Source: an uncultured Piscirickettsiaceae bacterium
Lineage (GTDB): Bacteria; Pseudomonadota; Gammaproteobacteria; GCF-002020875
Direction: 5' to 3'
Length of the DNA stretch: 56,099 bases
NCBI GenBank assembly: GCA_964415865.1
Contig: CAYQBY010000006.1
Span: 4,397-60,495, forward strand
Under the pieces are notes generated by a model that was not told the DNA's origin, ran no database searches, and saw only the letters and a list, made by a program, of their open reading frames with translations. This document shows positions 54,411-56,099 of the stretch, piece after piece. The position numbers and the translations under genes were made by a program. Positions within the stretch are counted from its first letter, which is position 1; each line of letters opens with the position of its first letter.

Positions 54411-56090
54411 TTAATTTTCCGATGATAACTCTTTATATATGGCAGAAAGATTTTTTTCAGCAGCTGGATAACCAAGCCTAGCAGACATCTTGAGCATTTT
54501 AATGGCCTCCTCAACAGCCCCCTTCTCTTGTATCAGGGTCATGCCTTGCTGCATCATAGATACTGCCTCATCAGGATAATGTTTATCTTCCCACAACGCA
54601 TGAATGTGCATTGAGACTGCGATCTTTTCTCCCTCCTCAATCAAGCCATTTATATGGTTTAGCAATTCGTTGTTTGATATATCACTATGCCGCATTCCTG
54701 ATCTAATTGGCTGATACTCAAACACCTCACTTGCTCCGCTTCCAACCAAGCTTATCCCCTTGCCATCCACACCATGCCCTTTTGCTCCATGGCATTGTGA
54801 ACAATATATTGAATACAGCTCTTCGCCACGCCTCTTGGCTTTTGTTTTCAGATCATAAGGAACTGTTGTGTAAAAATCTCTCCAGTTCTTAAGTTCTCTT
54901 CTGGTAACTACATTGCTTAAATCACCTAATGGTGAACTACTGCTCATATGCTTTGGCAGCCCAATAAATTCTATATTAATCCATTTATCTATAGTGGCTC
55001 CTTCTTCAGCCATAACCTGTAACCCCATGGCCAATATAGACATAGGTTCCTCAGGTATTACTGAAATAGAGATTTGATCTGGCTTACCAAACAACCAGGA
55101 AATAGCATCTCTGGCTATATAAATATTTTTCAGTAAAACCTGTTCAATCTCATCTTTCTTGTCACCATTAATTCCCGGGATATCTTTTGCACTTTCAATC
55201 TCTGACAGCTTATACAAAATCACTCTTGCACGATCCTGTAACATCTCATGAGTGAGCATTTGCTTTTTTTCCAACAACTGAAACACAAGATCAATAACAC
55301 CCTGATCCTTAAAGACATAATTAATATTATGAAGATTCAAGCTCACCATTACCGCCGCCAGTGCCGCATCATCTTGTGCATATTCTGGGTTATTCAACAT
55401 TGCCCGTAAAACCCTTTCCCCGCCTACTTTTGATGAACCTTTAATAGCAAACAACTCTGGGAAATCCACTAACACTGTTGAAGAGCATATATTATTTGCA
55501 CACTGGCTTTGGATGGAAAGATTCGCATAAATTTTTTCTATTGAAACTCCTGTCTCTTCTTTAAGTTCAGCAGCCATAAGTGGATTTAAATGAAGCTTGA
55601 TATTCTTAAATTCGATATCCTGTTCAATCACTTCAAATTTTTTGATAACTATCTCATCTATCTCTACCCAAGCCTTACCAAGCTTTCCAGCCACAACATC
55701 ACGTATTATGGGAATTCCATTTTTCTCATCAGCAACATAACTGATCATTGAGCGAATTTCACGTCGCTCTTTTGCACTTAAGTCTGCATATTTAAATGCG
55801 TCAGCAAACCATTTCTCAACTATTTCTTCTGCACGACTTGAAGAGTTTTGGTAATTTGACGATGAGCCATCAATAAATGAGAGGATTTCACGCTTGATCT
55901 TTTCATATTCTTGATCTGTTAAAGCTCCGTTGTCATGTAGTTGCTGCAATAAATTTAGATCGCCAAGTGCAGTATGTATATTTTGTTGTGCAACTACTTG
56001 GCCTGATAAACCCACTGCCAACAATATAGTCAGCAATAGCTTTAACGTATATATTTTTATATAACCAATTGATTTAATTGCTGCAAACAT
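54411..56090 (-). CDS. Secreted hypothetical protein with SHOCT-like, monoheme cytochrome c and Sel1-like motifs
   Basis: LQQLHDNGALTDQEYEKIKREIL; RGEELY..YCSQCHG; AIKMLKMSARLGYPAAEKNL. Confidence 0.78.
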   Translation of the reverse strand: MFAAIKSIGYIKIYTLKLLLTILLAVGLSGQVVAQQNIHTALGDLNLLQQLHDNGALTDQEYEKIKREILSFIDGSSSNYQNSSSRAEEIVEKWFADAFKYADLSAKERREIRSMISYVADEKNGIPIIRDVVAGKLGKAWVEIDEIVIKKFEVIEQDIEFKNIKLHLNPLMAAELKEETGVSIEKIYANLSIQSQCANNICSSTVLVDFPELFAIKGSSKVGGERVLRAMLNNPEYAQDDAALAAVMVSLNLHNINYVFKDQGVIDLVFQLLEKKQMLTHEMLQDRARVILYKLSEIESAKDIPGINGDKKDEIEQVLLKNIYIARDAISWLFGKPDQISISVIPEEPMSILAMGLQVMAEEGATIDKWINIEFIGLPKHMSSSSPLGDLSNVVTRRELKNWRDFYTTVPYDLKTKAKRRGEELYSIYCSQCHGAKGHGVDGKGISLVGSGASEVFEYQPIRSGMRHSDISNNELLNHINGLIEEGEKIAVSMHIHALWEDKHYPDEAVSMMQQGMTLIQEKGAVEEAIKMLKMSARLGYPAAEKNLSAIYKELSSEN

Positions 56091-56099
56091 ACATTCTCC

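Larger units (their letters stand above)
51860..56099 (-). other. AT-rich accessory region (possible island), continuing past the window end
   Basis: Visibly AT-richer than flanking housekeeping genes; three hypothetical ORFs; no mobility gene seen. Confidence 0.6.

Noticed and set aside
51876-56090. AT-rich ORFs as an integron cassette array
   Set aside because: Intergenic gaps of 35-61 bp have no attC-like inverted repeats; arrangement looks operon-like

Overview
Chromosomal window of a gammaproteobacterium. The gene content and order resemble Chromatiales/Thiotrichales-type sulfur oxidisers, but this is inference only. Most of it is housekeeping: hyuA-like, mutM, ferredoxin-coaD-rsmD-M16 pair, ftsY-rpoH, cca, uppP, fol genes, plsY/tsaD, tsaC, pilQ-aroKB-dgt, an RND pump, gltBD, malic enzyme, a TA pair, glnE, ntrBC and glnA. 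Three accessory or unexplained modules stand out. (1) An ~810-aa lipoprotein multiheme cytochrome c with 7 CxxCH motifs, extra Cys and Ca-loop-like motifs, plus a tightly linked PpiC-type foldase, between the M16 peptidases and ftsY. (2) A secreted protein built from ~6.7 copies of a 71-aa repeat, next to XRE, BigR/SqrR-like ArsR and plasmid-type HTH regulator genes, between tsaD and tsaC. (3) An AT-rich three-gene run of secreted proteins upstream of glnA, including a SHOCT-cytochrome c-Sel1 fusion and a probable hairpin-stalk protein with matched 29-aa duplications on both arms. Clear regulatory signals: a perfect CIRCE overlapping sigmaE- and sigma70-type promoters of rpoH, sigma54 promoters and NtrC boxes for glnA and ntrB, and several apparently leaderless genes including a 23-bp bidirectional promoter. 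No rRNA, tRNA, CRISPR array, integrase or transposase was recognised.
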